Shown here piece by piece: positions 27,515 to 37,678 of a stretch of 64,000 nt of DNA. The notes beneath the pieces were generated by a model, which searched no databases, was not told the origin of the DNA, and saw nothing but the letters and a program-made list of their open reading frames with translations. Position 1 is the first letter of the stretch; every line of letters starts with the position of its first letter. The position numbers and the translations under genes were made by a program. This stretch comes from a virus (Duplodnaviria; Caudoviricetes). The stretch covers positions 32,001-96,000 of IMG/VR virus record IMGVR_UViG_3300049988_000286, one strand, 5' to 3'.

Positions 27515-27794
27515 GCGTCTGCGCCGCAACGATGTCGTGATCGAGCGGGAGAACTCATGGCTCTACGGACGAGTCGTGAGGTGCATCGACAGTGAGACGG
27601 TCGTGGTCATCGATTGCGGTAAACACCACAGAATATTCCTCATGGAAGACCTCAAGCTCACCGATTACCGGGGCTACCATAGAAGGGACAGATTCGTCGC
27701 CATGCCATCGCTGCGTCGGCTCAAACAAAACGCAGCGGGTTACCATCCCGAAGTATGGCGTCACTATCGTCGGAGGCACGGCCTTGAAGAATAG
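27504..27794 (+). CDS. hypothetical protein
   Basis: coupled ORF. Confidence 0.55.
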   Translation: MTDRRLRRNDVVIERENSWLYGRVVRCIDSETVVVIDCGKHHRIFLMEDLKLTDYRGYHRRDRFVAMPSLRRLKQNAAGYHPEVWRHYRRRHGLEE

Positions 27795-28458
27795 TCCCAA
27801 CACCGTCGCGCTGACGCCAACTCATTATTTCCGCGACCACACCGATTGCCGCAAGCGCAATCGAAGTGGGGATCGCACGCAGGGTGATTGGCTCCGCCCT
27901 ACCGAGAGCAAAATCCTACATCCGGAAGTCTTTCGGTGGCTGCGTGAGAACGTCGGCCTTGAATTGAACGAGGTCTGGGACGTGGACCGCTACTACTATC
28001 CCGGTGAAGACCTACCCGTGCTGCCCCGAGGTGCGCGGGGCGAGTGGCTCGCGGCTGGGCGGGTGTGTCTCGCCGACCACGTAAGCGGAGAATACAGCCA
28101 CAACCGAAGCCAAGACAGTATCTACTTTCCCGAAGTCAAGCACGCGAAGGCGTTCCGCGAAAGGTTCGGCTTGTGGGAAGAAAATTGGGCGCTGCTCAAT
28201 CACGCGATGGATCGTCGGTACGCCGTCATGGACTTCTTCCTCGGCGATATGGCACGCCGCCCGATATACGCCGTCGCGACCGCAACGAGGATACTGGCCC
28301 GTGACGATCGTTATGAGAGCGCCACGTTCCGCCACCATGTGGACTATTACAAGACGATCGTCGCGCTACGCGATGAAGCGGAGGAGGTGCTCTTTCGCAT
28401 CGAGCACCCCGACTTCGTTATCGTGACCGCTCGTGAAGTCCAAGCAGCATCCGCCTGA
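27784..28458 (+). CDS. hypothetical protein with paralog-family motifs
   Basis: RWLRENVG...YFPEVKHAKAF; DEAEEVLFRIEHP. Confidence 0.65.
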   Translation: MKNSPNTVALTPTHYFRDHTDCRKRNRSGDRTQGDWLRPTESKILHPEVFRWLRENVGLELNEVWDVDRYYYPGEDLPVLPRGARGEWLAAGRVCLADHVSGEYSHNRSQDSIYFPEVKHAKAFRERFGLWEENWALLNHAMDRRYAVMDFFLGDMARRPIYAVATATRILARDDRYESATFRHHVDYYKTIVALRDEAEEVLFRIEHPDFVIVTAREVQAASA

Positions 28459-28732
28459 CATAATCGGATAGATCGGCGGGCGTGATAGGAATGGACTCAT
28501 CCCGCCAGTCGAATTGCAGAGCATCGTATTCGGCTTGGGTCACGTTGAGCACGGCGGCGATCGGCGCTTCGATCCGCTTGTCATCGGGATCGTAGAAGAT
28601 GATCTTGTCAGTGGCGTACTTCCACTGCCACAGGCCCTGTTTGTTGAGATCAAGCACACGGCAGTCGCCGCGCATCTTGCGTTCGTGGAGGAGCGGATCG
28701 TTGCCGCGCACTTTTAGCTTTTGGTCTGGCAT
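28418..28732 (-). CDS. hypothetical protein
   Basis: ORF. Confidence 0.55.
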   Translation of the reverse strand: MPDQKLKVRGNDPLLHERKMRGDCRVLDLNKQGLWQWKYATDKIIFYDPDDKRIEAPIAAVLNVTQAEYDALQFDWRDESIPITPADLSDYVRRMLLGLHERSR

Positions 28733-28826
28733 GGCGGCGGATTAGGCAGGTGGGTCATGACCGTCAAGTAGATTTGGGGTTGCATAGTTCGTTCGATCTG
28801 ATAAACGACTTGGCGAGGAGAACAAC

Positions 28827-29177
28827 ATGCGACAGAAGCTGCTCACCAAGGCAAACATCGACCGACTCATGCGCAACGGCGCGGAACAGGCCAGAGGCGT
28901 TGATCGTGACCGCAAGCCGGTGGTGAAGCTCTTCAACCCGATGGGAGCGCAGACATGGCTCATTACCGAGATCGACCCCAATGATCTCGACACGATGTTC
29001 GGCCTGTGCGATCTTGGTCTCGGTGAGGCGGAACTCGGCTCGGTGTCGTTGAACGAACTTGCGACACTGCGGCTGCCGCTCGGACTCAAGATCGAACGCG
29101 ACCAGCATTTCACCCCTGATCGGACGATCGGGCAATACGCGGAGGCGGCACGCGCCGCCGGGAGGATCGTGGCATGA
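28827..29177 (+). CDS. DUF2958-family protein
   Basis: VVKLFNPMGAQTWLITE...FGLCDLGLGEAELGSVSLNEL. Confidence 0.85.
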   Translation: MRQKLLTKANIDRLMRNGAEQARGVDRDRKPVVKLFNPMGAQTWLITEIDPNDLDTMFGLCDLGLGEAELGSVSLNELATLRLPLGLKIERDQHFTPDRTIGQYAEAARAAGRIVA

Positions 29178-29707
29178 AGTTCGTCAAGCTTGGCACCAAG
29201 CATCAGGTGCTACCCAGTAATGATGAGCAGCGCAGCAATCTGCTGAAACTCGCCCACCATCTCGCCGCCTTGGAGAACACTTACTCGCACTTTCACATGG
29301 GATTCTACTTCCTCGCGCAAGCCGATGACACTGTTGCCGATTGGCGTCTCCGCGAGGGCATCGACGAGGACGGTCTCGACAACATGTTCGAGGTGAAGGT
29401 GCAGGAGAACTCGTTCGAGGCTCGCATCGGTCAGTGCGGAGCGGTCGCGTGCGCGATCGGGCACGGCCCCCTCGCAGGAATTCCCGAGTCCAGCGACGAT
29501 TGCGATTGGGACGACTACGCCGTTCGGGTATTCGGCGTCGATGCTTCTCGGTCGGGGTCGTTTCTTTTCGGCTGCGAATGGACACAGACGGCCAACACTG
29601 CTCATGAGGCTGCGGAGCGCATCTTCTACGCACTCGAACACGGAGTCCCCTGTGAGGGGGACTATTTCCACTTGGACTACTTCCACGAAGAAGTTGTCCG
29701 CGTTTAG
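29174..29707 (+). CDS. hypothetical protein
   Basis: coupled; VACAIGHGP. Confidence 0.7.
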   Translation: MKFVKLGTKHQVLPSNDEQRSNLLKLAHHLAALENTYSHFHMGFYFLAQADDTVADWRLREGIDEDGLDNMFEVKVQENSFEARIGQCGAVACAIGHGPLAGIPESSDDCDWDDYAVRVFGVDASRSGSFLFGCEWTQTANTAHEAAERIFYALEHGVPCEGDYFHLDYFHEEVVRV

Positions 29708-30240
29708 TCGTCGTCCATCTGCTTCGCTTGGGCGTCTGCGAATAGCTGGTGAAGAAATGGGTCGTCTTTATGTTTGATGACCCAATGCTGGAAGAGGCCG
29801 CGCGCAGAATTACAGCGATGACATGACGGGACTAAATTGGCTAATTCGTTATTCAATTTGTCACCGTCGAGGTGATCAACGTGTATTCCCGAACGTCCTG
29901 ACCATTCGAGCGATTTACCACACCAACGACAACTATGCGACCCTTCGCCAATCGCATCGTACAATACACGTCGATGCTTGTAAACGAAACCGCTCGTAGT
30001 TGCTAGCGGATGATCCGGTCGTGATTGCCATACATATCCATGGCTACTGACACGTTCGGACTCTCCTCTCACGTGAAGCGTGAGCAGTGGATCGCCATGG
30101 CGCTTGAAGCGCGAATAATGTTTATGGCAAAAACCTTTGCCGATGCGATTACTTTCACATCCCTCTACCGAACAGAGGGCCGGTGTCTTCAATGGGGCTC
30201 TGCGTATTCTCTTACCTGATTTTGGAATTCCCTCGGGCAT
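29704..30240 (-). CDS. HNH endonuclease (homing-type)
   Basis: CSVEGC, CRWC, HVDHLDGDKLNN...CHRCN. Confidence 0.85.
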   Translation of the reverse strand: MPEGIPKSGKRIRRAPLKTPALCSVEGCESNRIGKGFCHKHYSRFKRHGDPLLTLHVRGESERVSSHGYVWQSRPDHPLATTSGFVYKHRRVLYDAIGEGSHSCRWCGKSLEWSGRSGIHVDHLDGDKLNNELANLVPSCHRCNSARGLFQHWVIKHKDDPFLHQLFADAQAKQMDDD

Positions 30241-30263
30241 CTTTTACTTCCTGACAATCTCTT

Positions 30264-30728
30264 TTATTTAACGTCAGGCTTTCCTCTACCGCGAACTTTC
30301 TTGGGTTTCGTTCCGGTCGTTCCCATCTGCTTTTTTTGAGCACGCCGAGCTTCCGCCCTAGCACTTGCCTCTGATCCAGTTTTCTTCTTGTGGCACTCGT
30401 GGCAGAGAGTGGCCAAGTTATCCATCATCCAGAATTCAATTCGCCCCTCTGCCTCAATGAGGGGACGGATGTGATCCATGTCCCAGCCACGCTCACCGCA
30501 CTTGGTGCCACAGCCGATGCAGTGACCTCGATCACGCTTCCACACCGCCTTGCGGGTCTCTTGGGGCCAGTAGATCAGCTTGTAGGTCTCGATGCAGTCC
30601 TTATGCCAACCAGCGCGTAGGTTGATCCGCCCATCCTTCTTGTAGATGGGCTGCCCGCAGTATCGGCAGTCGCCCTTGGGCGCGGTGTCGTAGTAGATGG
30701 GCTTTGGCGGGGCGCGGTGTTTCTGCAT
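30264..30728 (-). CDS. HNH endonuclease
   Basis: CIGC...MDHIRPL...DNLATLCHECHKKKT; 4 nt after TAAATA. Confidence 0.85.
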   Translation of the reverse strand: MQKHRAPPKPIYYDTAPKGDCRYCGQPIYKKDGRINLRAGWHKDCIETYKLIYWPQETRKAVWKRDRGHCIGCGTKCGERGWDMDHIRPLIEAEGRIEFWMMDNLATLCHECHKKKTGSEASARAEARRAQKKQMGTTGTKPKKVRGRGKPDVK

Positions 30729-30735
30729 CGAATAT

Positions 30736-31161
30736 TTAGGCCAGCCACCGCGCAACGGCTTTAAGCGCCGTAAGCTTTTGCACGTCCGCATGAGTGTGGA
30801 CGAGCAACACCAAGCCGTTCTTTAGGTCGAGCGTGCGCATCTCGTCATCCCATTCCCGCTCCATGGCGGCAAAGGGGCTCGCGGGATCACGGATCAAGAA
30901 GACTTGCCAACCCGCGTATTCGGGATTGCCATGACGGGAGATGATTCCTTCCCAAGCCCCCATCGCAGCAAGTCTTTGTGCAGTCTCTGGATGGATAGCC
31001 GAGTTGGCCTCCCACAGCCACACCGTCTTTCCATCCGTGAGACCGCGCATTGATCCCGATTGTTTGATCAGGTTGGTGATGTGCGACAGCATGGGGTTCA
31101 GATATAGGCGATGCCCCGATACCATGATCTGTTTCGCTTCAATGATTTGCGTCCACCTCAT
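30736..31161 (-). CDS. hypothetical late protein (MRWTQIIEA)
   Basis: 4 nt after TAAATA. Confidence 0.65.
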   Translation of the reverse strand: MRWTQIIEAKQIMVSGHRLYLNPMLSHITNLIKQSGSMRGLTDGKTVWLWEANSAIHPETAQRLAAMGAWEGIISRHGNPEYAGWQVFLIRDPASPFAAMEREWDDEMRTLDLKNGLVLLVHTHADVQKLTALKAVARWLA

Positions 31162-31186
31162 CGCGTATTTAGGCGTAAATAGCCGC

Positions 31187-31585
31187 ATGGATCAAAGCAA
31201 AGCCGTGGCGGAGTGGACGCTTGACCTTTTTCCACTAGCGGACCAGCCGCGACTCTCCCTCGCCGATTGTCAGGCGCTCGTTGATCGTGCTTGGTGGTTC
31301 CATCGTGGAACACCCAATGGCCCGAAGGTCTGTCCGATCGAACTCCGTCATGCTCTCGCAGTCGGGGGTCGTATCCTTCTGCCCTCGTGGGCAATGGTAG
31401 CGTCGGTGGTCCTCCATGAGGTCGCGCATTGCCTCCTCATGACGGAAAACAATTTTGTCGCCCGTGAGAGCGGCCATGATCCGGCTTTCGTCTCGCTAGT
31501 GGCTGATCTATATCGTCAGCATCTCGGCACGGGCATGACGGTCATGCGCCTAGCCGCCGATCGTCATGGAGTACGCGGCCTGTGA
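31187..31585 (+). CDS. SprT-like zinc metalloprotease
   Basis: VVLHEVAH...GHDPAF. Confidence 0.7.
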   Translation: MDQSKAVAEWTLDLFPLADQPRLSLADCQALVDRAWWFHRGTPNGPKVCPIELRHALAVGGRILLPSWAMVASVVLHEVAHCLLMTENNFVARESGHDPAFVSLVADLYRQHLGTGMTVMRLAADRHGVRGL

Positions 31586-31713
31586 TCCTAACGCTTCGAT
31601 GCCATGACGAAGATTGCCTTGTCGTCGGGCGTATCCCAATTTCGATTTGGCATTGTGACACATGGATTTGTCCCGAATGCTTCACCGAAACGCGGCTGTG
31701 GTCGAGAATAGTG

Positions 31714-32166
31714 CTAGGTGAGCCAACAGAGGTGAGCGCAAACATCGAGGGCCAATCCCCGGTCGATGAGGCGGCGTGAGACCCACGGTGGTTTAGCCCA
31801 GAACAGGGTCGCATCCTTGGGTTTGATCGCCAAGCACCATTCTGTGAACAGGACTGCATTGTCGATTACCAGTTCATACTGGGCCGCGCCGGAAAAATCA
31901 TCGGTGAGCACTCGATCGGTCCGGAGCTTCTCCGGCACCCCACCCTCATAGACCTCATCGTTGATGATCACGGTGCGCGGCGGGAAGATACTCTTTCCCC
32001 GCCATTGCATCGCTGGCGCGTAATCTCTGGGCGTGTAGGCGGACTCTCGCTCGATATGCCAGCGTATCGCGGCCATCAGATCATTGATCGCGTCCGCTGC
32101 GGGATGTTCCAAAGCGGTGTGGATATCGTCGCACAGCGTAAGATCGATGATCGACAGATCGCTCAC
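31714..32166 (-). CDS. hypothetical protein
   Basis: coupled to the upstream gene. Confidence 0.6.
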   Translation of the reverse strand: MSDLSIIDLTLCDDIHTALEHPAADAINDLMAAIRWHIERESAYTPRDYAPAMQWRGKSIFPPRTVIINDEVYEGGVPEKLRTDRVLTDDFSGAAQYELVIDNAVLFTEWCLAIKPKDATLFWAKPPWVSRRLIDRGLALDVCAHLCWLT

Positions 32167-32987
32167 AAGGTGATCAACTCGTGGGGCTGGAAGGGTGTGT
32201 AGCGCTGCTTGGGTTGCCCCTCCCCCAGACGAGAGCGCTCATATTTGTCAAACTCACACATGACGTTCTGCATGTCCTGCGCGTGGAAGGGCTCCGACAC
32301 CGAGTCATTCACCGCCTCACGAAGCTGGGTCAAGCACGCGTGCCACTCCGGCTCACGCCACGAAGCCTCTACGGGACGATTGAACACTCGATTGAGCCCT
32401 CGACGGCTACCCGGTCCAGAACCCGCCCACGTCCACCAGTCGCTCGCCCCGGCGAGCACGGGTGTGTACTTCATATCGGCGACGACTTGCGCGGTAGTGA
32501 AGCTTCCCGCCCCATAGCTGGCGTGTAGGCGTGAAAAAAATGCCGCGAGGGTGTCGCCCTCACGCGGTGCGATCTCTTCTCTACGCTCCCACATGGGCGT
32601 GAGGAGACGCTGATCAAGGAAGTCGGCTTTGTTGCCGCGCCAATTCGGCGTCGCGATCATGTAGGCGGGATTGTAGAGTTTCTCCCCCGCCGACGCGCGC
32701 GTCTTCATCAAGGTAACGAAACGCTCGCGATCCCACGGCACCGGGTAGCCCAAGGCTTCCATGGTGGGGATGTGGTTGGTTGCCATCCTCGCAACCGCCA
32801 TCGCGAACCAGAGATGGGGATCATCTGCGTGCGGGTTGCGCCAATGATCCGCGATCCAGCGCGTTACCCGATCGTCCTCGCGGCGCATGTTGCAAAATCG
32901 GTATTGGCGAATGATCGGGTCAGTGGCCACGCCGGTGCGGGCTAGTTCTCGGGCGGCGATGAAGGCAAGGACATCAAGGGTTCTCAT
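32163..32987 (-). CDS. alpha-glutamyl/putrescinyl thymine pyrophosphorylase (aGPT-Pplase1-like), DNA hypermodification
   Basis: DPIIRQYRFCNMRREDDRVTRWI; FTTAQVVADM; GPGSRRGL; CEFDKY. Confidence 0.75.
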   Translation of the reverse strand: MRTLDVLAFIAARELARTGVATDPIIRQYRFCNMRREDDRVTRWIADHWRNPHADDPHLWFAMAVARMATNHIPTMEALGYPVPWDRERFVTLMKTRASAGEKLYNPAYMIATPNWRGNKADFLDQRLLTPMWERREEIAPREGDTLAAFFSRLHASYGAGSFTTAQVVADMKYTPVLAGASDWWTWAGSGPGSRRGLNRVFNRPVEASWREPEWHACLTQLREAVNDSVSEPFHAQDMQNVMCEFDKYERSRLGEGQPKQRYTPFQPHELITL

Positions 32988-33195
32988 CCCCGGATATTAG
33001 CGTGATGGCCCCCGCTCCGCGATATTCATCACTCGCCCTTGAGCATCCCGATCAACTCGGGCCGTGTGAAGTTTCGTCCCTTGAACGCGAGCAGTTTCCC
33101 GATCTCGCGGGCGATGCCTACCTGAATGCCGTTCACCACCACTTTGAACTCGGTCGTGGGACCAGTCCTTGACCGCCGGACCAAGCGAACGCTCA

Positions 33196-33567
33196 TCATC
33201 GTTGCACGCTATTGCGACGATCTTCGACCAGCGCCAATGCTTGGCCGACCTCGGGTGTCACACCGTGCGCGATCAGCGACTGAATGCCACGAGAGACCAC
33301 GCCGTTGGGCGGACCATCAAGGGCCAGTCCGCCCCACTCGCACGCCATCGCGAGCGCGGTACGGAGACAATCGATCTCCGTCATCGTCTCGCCCTCTGCG
33401 CCCAGCACGTTGTCGTTGATCATCTGATGGATCGCCATCGAGGCAGCGCGCGTCTCCAACTCGATGCCGAGTTCCTCCATTGGGGAGGGATGGAGACGCG
33501 CATTGATCCGGATGCGCATGGAGTCGAGATGCTGCTGAATGGCCCGTAGTGTGGCGGGCTGGCTCAC
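33196..33567 (-). CDS. hypothetical protein
   Basis: ORF. Confidence 0.65.
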   Translation of the reverse strand: MSQPATLRAIQQHLDSMRIRINARLHPSPMEELGIELETRAASMAIHQMINDNVLGAEGETMTEIDCLRTALAMACEWGGLALDGPPNGVVSRGIQSLIAHGVTPEVGQALALVEDRRNSVQR

Positions 33568-33932
33568 GCCTCGTCTTCTTGCAGCGCCCGCAGCACGTCG
33601 GCGAGATCGCGCTCGTAAGTGTCCTCGACCTGCACGCGCGAGCCATAGGCAAGCGGCGAGCGATTGCCATCCGGGTCGAGGTAGAAGAGAGCGGTGGCAC
33701 GGAATGAGAGTGGCTGACTGTCCTCCTCGTCATCACCGAAACGCTCCGTGATGATATGGTCGCGCAGTGACGCGGCATTCCACGGCCGATCGCCATCGAG
33801 CACCGGCATGGTGATCTGACCGATGTTGCGTGCCGTGTCCCCAGCGTGCATGAGCACCTCGTCGATCTCGACGATGATACTTCCCTCGCGCTTCTGTGCG
33901 AGCAACTCGAAGTCAATGTCAGTCTTCATCAT
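33564..33932 (-). CDS. hypothetical protein
   Basis: GAGGAG SD. Confidence 0.7.
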   Translation of the reverse strand: MMKTDIDFELLAQKREGSIIVEIDEVLMHAGDTARNIGQITMPVLDGDRPWNAASLRDHIITERFGDDEEDSQPLSFRATALFYLDPDGNRSPLAYGSRVQVEDTYERDLADVLRALQEDEA

Positions 33933-33987
33933 TGGTGTTCTCCTCACCCCGGCGATATACGAACTTTCGCGAGGGGTCAAGGACGAA

Positions 33988-34389
33988 CTATGGCCACTCC
34001 GTGAGATCAACGTAGAGGACAGGATTGTTGGTCAGGATCGCGGCGATGATGTGGTGGTTACCGTCGATGATGTCGATGCCGTCAAGGACGACGATGCGCT
34101 CGCGATCATAGGCCTTGGCCTTCTTTGCCACGATGGCCTTTTGCGCCTTGGAGGCATCTCGCTGATACGCGTCCCAGAGTGTCAGATCGCCCCGGCGTGC
34201 CATGACACGCTCCTTTGCCTCCTCGGCAGTCATCGTCTCGACGGTAAGGGGATCGTCCCAATTCATCGGCGGACACGCGTGCGCGAGAGCCTCGCGCTCG
34301 TCCATCAATTCGTCAGAGTCATAGAGGTCGGTGATGAGCACCGTCTCGCCCACCGCATGTTCGATCAGGTTGATGAGGTAGCGCATCAT
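33988..34389 (-). CDS. ParB/Srx-like domain late protein (MRYLINLIEH)
   Basis: IVVLDGIDIIDGNHH. Confidence 0.55.
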   Translation of the reverse strand: MMRYLINLIEHAVGETVLITDLYDSDELMDEREALAHACPPMNWDDPLTVETMTAEEAKERVMARRGDLTLWDAYQRDASKAQKAIVAKKAKAYDRERIVVLDGIDIIDGNHHIIAAILTNNPVLYVDLTEWP

Positions 34390-34913
34390 GCCCTCCGCAT
34401 TGTCGTGTCGAAGGGTTGCGCCACTGAGGTGTCATCGACATCGAAATCGGGGAGGAGATCGACTCGCTTGACCATCACCGATGCGCCGGGATTGACCTTG
34501 ATCTCGTGCTCCCACGGCACTGCGAGGTTCTGCAAGATCGTGCGCGGCATATCGATATCGTGGGGATCGATGGTAGCGGTCAGGCGGTAGAGGCCGCAAT
34601 CCTCTCCCGCCGTGTCCCAGCCCGTCAGCGCATGAAGATTGATATTCAGATCGTGGCACCAGAACGTGCCGAGCGGGCCGGACAGGTACTTGGAAAGCTG
34701 GTTGGGGCGGAGGAGGACGTAGCGGTAGATGATCGGCGTCTGCATCTTGGTGTCGATCATGGCTTTCATCGCCGCTACATGCTCGTCGGTGATCTCGAAA
34801 TCGTTGCCATCTTCGTCATAACCGTGTCCCGCCGCCGCGTCGGTGTCGTGGGGGACCATCTTCTTCACCGCGTCGGCGAGACTATCCTCGAACAAATCAA
34901 TCCATTGTCGCAT
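34386..34913 (-). CDS. ADP-ribosyltransferase-like late protein (MRQWIDLFED)
   Basis: IYR...LGTFW...WEHEI; 4 nt after TAAATA. Confidence 0.45.
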   Translation of the reverse strand: MRQWIDLFEDSLADAVKKMVPHDTDAAAGHGYDEDGNDFEITDEHVAAMKAMIDTKMQTPIIYRYVLLRPNQLSKYLSGPLGTFWCHDLNINLHALTGWDTAGEDCGLYRLTATIDPHDIDMPRTILQNLAVPWEHEIKVNPGASVMVKRVDLLPDFDVDDTSVAQPFDTTMRRA

Positions 34914-35332
34914 CAACTATTTAGGGACGATCCATCTGCCCCTCGCGGAATACGACAACGGAGAAGAGGATCGCGGGAACCCACGTCCAAAATGAATTCT
35001 CTGCCACGCCCCAGCGCACGAGAGACTTGCTCATCATGTTCGCGAGGAAGCTATAGAGGAGGGCGTTGGCGAGAACGTGACCGAACGGCCCCCACGCGAC
35101 GATGCGGGCGATCACTTCTGCTCACCCACCACGATGGCGACAGGCCCCATGAACTCGCCCTTCGCGTTCACCACCGCGACATAATCGCGATCCTTGAACG
35201 AGATGGTCTTGAGCCCTTCCTTCGCACGACTGACGCGCTCGATGACATCTTCCTCGATAGTCACCGTACCCACGCCGTCCTCGGGCTCGCTGCTGTGCAG
35301 GGTGCGCACTGACGCACCAACGATGTAGCGCA

Positions 35333-35677
35333 TCACTCGTCCCCCAGATGCGAGATCGTTCGCGAGGCGAAATAGGCCGCTTCCTCGGCGACGGGGACGA
35401 CCACCGCTTCCGGGTAGTAGCGCTGGAGCATGATCTCGCGTGGGTTGGTCATCGCCGGGAATTCCGTCGCGAGTGCCCGCCACGCCTCGGTGGCCTCGAT
35501 CGCCGCGTAGCTCTCCTCCAAGGACATGGAGTGGCGCACCATCACGGGTTCGCGTGCCTTGTCGAGCAGCGCGTTGATACGGTCGACGTGGATGTCTGCC
35601 GCCGCATCGGTGAGGCTGTGAAGGAGGACGAGCGACTTGGTTTCGCCGTCGTCGAAGTCATAGACGATCTTGTTCAC
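35333..35677 (-). CDS. hypothetical protein
   Basis: AAGGAG SD before GTG. Confidence 0.6.
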   Translation of the reverse strand: MNKIVYDFDDGETKSLVLLHSLTDAAADIHVDRINALLDKAREPVMVRHSMSLEESYAAIEATEAWRALATEFPAMTNPREIMLQRYYPEAVVVPVAEEAAYFASRTISHLGDE

Positions 35678-35875
35678 GATAATCTCCTTGTGCGCCCTTT
35701 GCACTAAAGGCAGAGTTCGGTCAAGGATTGTTTTCTTCGATGCGCTTTCGTTCCAGATAAGCGCGTGCCGCCTTTGCGGAAGCGGATTGATCGGGACCAG
35801 CCCGTGCCCGCATTGCGGCAAGCTGTTCGTCCCAGTATCGGGAACGCTCTGCATCGGTGGTCCACCGGCGGCTCA

Positions 35876-36130
35876 TCAGTAGAACCACACCCGATGGAGT
35901 GCGAGTTGCTCCTCCCAATCGCGGTTGAGATCGTAGACCTCTTGCACTCGCTGCATTGAGTGGGTGGCGTGGTACACTTCGACTTCTCTGCGCAACACCT
36001 CACCACCCTCCCGACGATAGACGGGATAGTCGCTGTAGTCGAAGCGGTCGCAGACCACCATCATATGGGTGAAACCATCTGCGGCTCCGTCTTCGAGCCA
36101 CTGCCGGATCATGTGTTGAGTAGCAGCCAT
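35876..36130 (-). CDS. hypothetical protein
   Basis: ORF with TTGACA upstream. Confidence 0.7.
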   Translation of the reverse strand: MAATQHMIRQWLEDGAADGFTHMMVVCDRFDYSDYPVYRREGGEVLRREVEVYHATHSMQRVQEVYDLNRDWEEQLALHRVWFY

Positions 36131-36171
36131 GAGGCTTGGTGATGGTTGCGGGGGATGGTGTCAAGATTTGT

Positions 36172-36259
36172 TGGTTCTCCCCCGAGGACTCGAACCTCCA
36201 TCCCTTACGAGAGCCCACGATTCAGAGCCGTGTCGCCTTACCAGTTAGCGGAGGGGAGA
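36172..36259 (-). tRNA. tRNA with CTG (Gln) anticodon on a long-variable-arm, Leu-like body
   Basis: TCTCCCC/GGGGAGA-A-CCA; CACGG-CTCTGAA-TCGTG; V-arm TCTC-GTAA-GGGA. Confidence 0.85.
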
Positions 36260-36268
36260 ATATGTGAT

Positions 36269-36342
36269 TGGATCGGGCGACAGGGATCGAACCTGTATTG
36301 TGAAGGCCAAAACTTCATGTCCTGCCATTAGACGACGCCCGA
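36269..36342 (-). tRNA. tRNA-Gln(TTG)
   Basis: TCGGGCG/CGCCCGA, TGAAG-TTTTGGC-CTTCA, CCA. Confidence 0.9.
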
Positions 36343-36488
36343 GCACAGGCGTCCGCGCGGACGCCGCTTCAGCGTTGCTGTCGTTGGGCCTCGAAGGGCA
36401 GCAGGGCGTGTGAATTGGTCACGAGTTATTTATCTCACAGTGTGCGCGGCGTTGTCAACAATCTTTTTCAACCACGATAAATATCGCC

Positions 36489-36920
36489 ATGCGCGATCTC
36501 ATCAACCTATTCGAAGACCAGCAGTGGCCAGCCACCATCTCGGGTGACGATCTCGCCCTGCATGTGCAAGAATTGCATCACACTCCCGAGGATTTCATCG
36601 ACGGTGACATCGAGAACAACATCGCTTCGTTTGGGGTCTATAACTTGCGCACTATTCCAATCACGGACATACGGCGCGGTATGTACACGATCTACGACGA
36701 TCTCGTGGGCGAGTATGCGGCAGTGACCACCCAAGCACCACCCGTGATCGTTGATCCCAGTCATGGATTGGTCATCGATGGTAATCATCGTGTCGAAGCA
36801 GCGGTGGCGAGAGGCGAGACGGAAATTCTCGCCTACGTGGGTGACCCAGAGACCTACTCCTACATCAGCAACGATGAGGATGAGGATGAGGATGACGAGT
36901 ACCGACCGAAGGGCTGGTAA
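36489..36920 (+). CDS. ParB/Srx-like domain late protein (MRDLINLFED)
   Basis: PPVIVD...IDGNHRVEAA; 5 nt after TAAATA. Confidence 0.7.
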   Translation: MRDLINLFEDQQWPATISGDDLALHVQELHHTPEDFIDGDIENNIASFGVYNLRTIPITDIRRGMYTIYDDLVGEYAAVTTQAPPVIVDPSHGLVIDGNHRVEAAVARGETEILAYVGDPETYSYISNDEDEDEDDEYRPKGW

Positions 36921-37396
36921 GGTTAAGGACGATACCCCTCAAGATAGGGACCACGACAACCGCTCACCCGCTTCATGAACGAGATGCACTCCTCCCATGT
37001 GCCGATGAAAAACACGCGATCGTCGCGGACCGATCCCAGCACCTGATACCGCTGCATCAGAAATCGCCCCAATTGTCGTCTTTGCGTTTCTCGACCTTCT
37101 TGGGCTTCTTCGCCTTACATACATCGGTGTCGTAGACGTTCTGTCCACATGCGAGACAGACTTCGGTATATTGTTGGATGGGTCCAAGATGGGCCATCAG
37201 GCGCTCCGCCGTTCGAAGAGACAGCACACCACGATGCCGCCCATGTAGCCGGTATTGGCGATCGAGACGTTGACAAGTTCCACCGGCGATCGACCTAGCG
37301 AGTCGCTGTGACCTGCCGTCACCTCTGCGCAAAGCTTCTCCACCACGGTATCGATTTCACCCGGTGTACACGACTTGGAGCGTGTGAAGCGGTTCA

Positions 37397-37651
37397 TCAC
37401 GCAAACCTCAACTTGAACAATTCGGCATCTTCGAGGGTCCGGAAGGCGAAAACCCATTCATATCCAGAGAAGACATCGGGATCGGGTGCTCCCCAATCGT
37501 CACCGAAGGTTTCATGGAGCCAACCCATCACCTCATCCTGCCGGTCGAGCCAATGCTCGCTCACGGCATTGAAGGCGATTGTCCGCGCATCGATGGTGAC
37601 TTCCCAAGGATGGTCGTTACGCGCGATTGTGATCGGAAGGCCTAAAGACAT
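37397..37651 (-). CDS. small paralog-family protein
   Basis: GWLHETFG...EDAELFKLRF. Confidence 0.7.
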   Translation of the reverse strand: MSLGLPITIARNDHPWEVTIDARTIAFNAVSEHWLDRQDEVMGWLHETFGDDWGAPDPDVFSGYEWVFAFRTLEDAELFKLRFA

Positions 37652-37678
37652 GGAGGCGTGCTACCACCCCCATATCAG

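Noticed and set aside
33029-33192. Protein-like frame (AFAWSGGQGLVPTTEF...) after TGA-TGA, lacking its own start; readthrough idea
   Set aside because: Double stop; more simply a 1-nt frameshift next to the overlapping ATG or an error
36348-36365. Perfect 18-bp palindrome GGCGTCCGCGCGGACGCC in the tRNA leader
   Set aside because: Single GC-rich instance, no second copy seen
36872-36900. (GATGAG)n short repeat
   Set aside because: Simply encodes an acidic DEDEDEDDE tail
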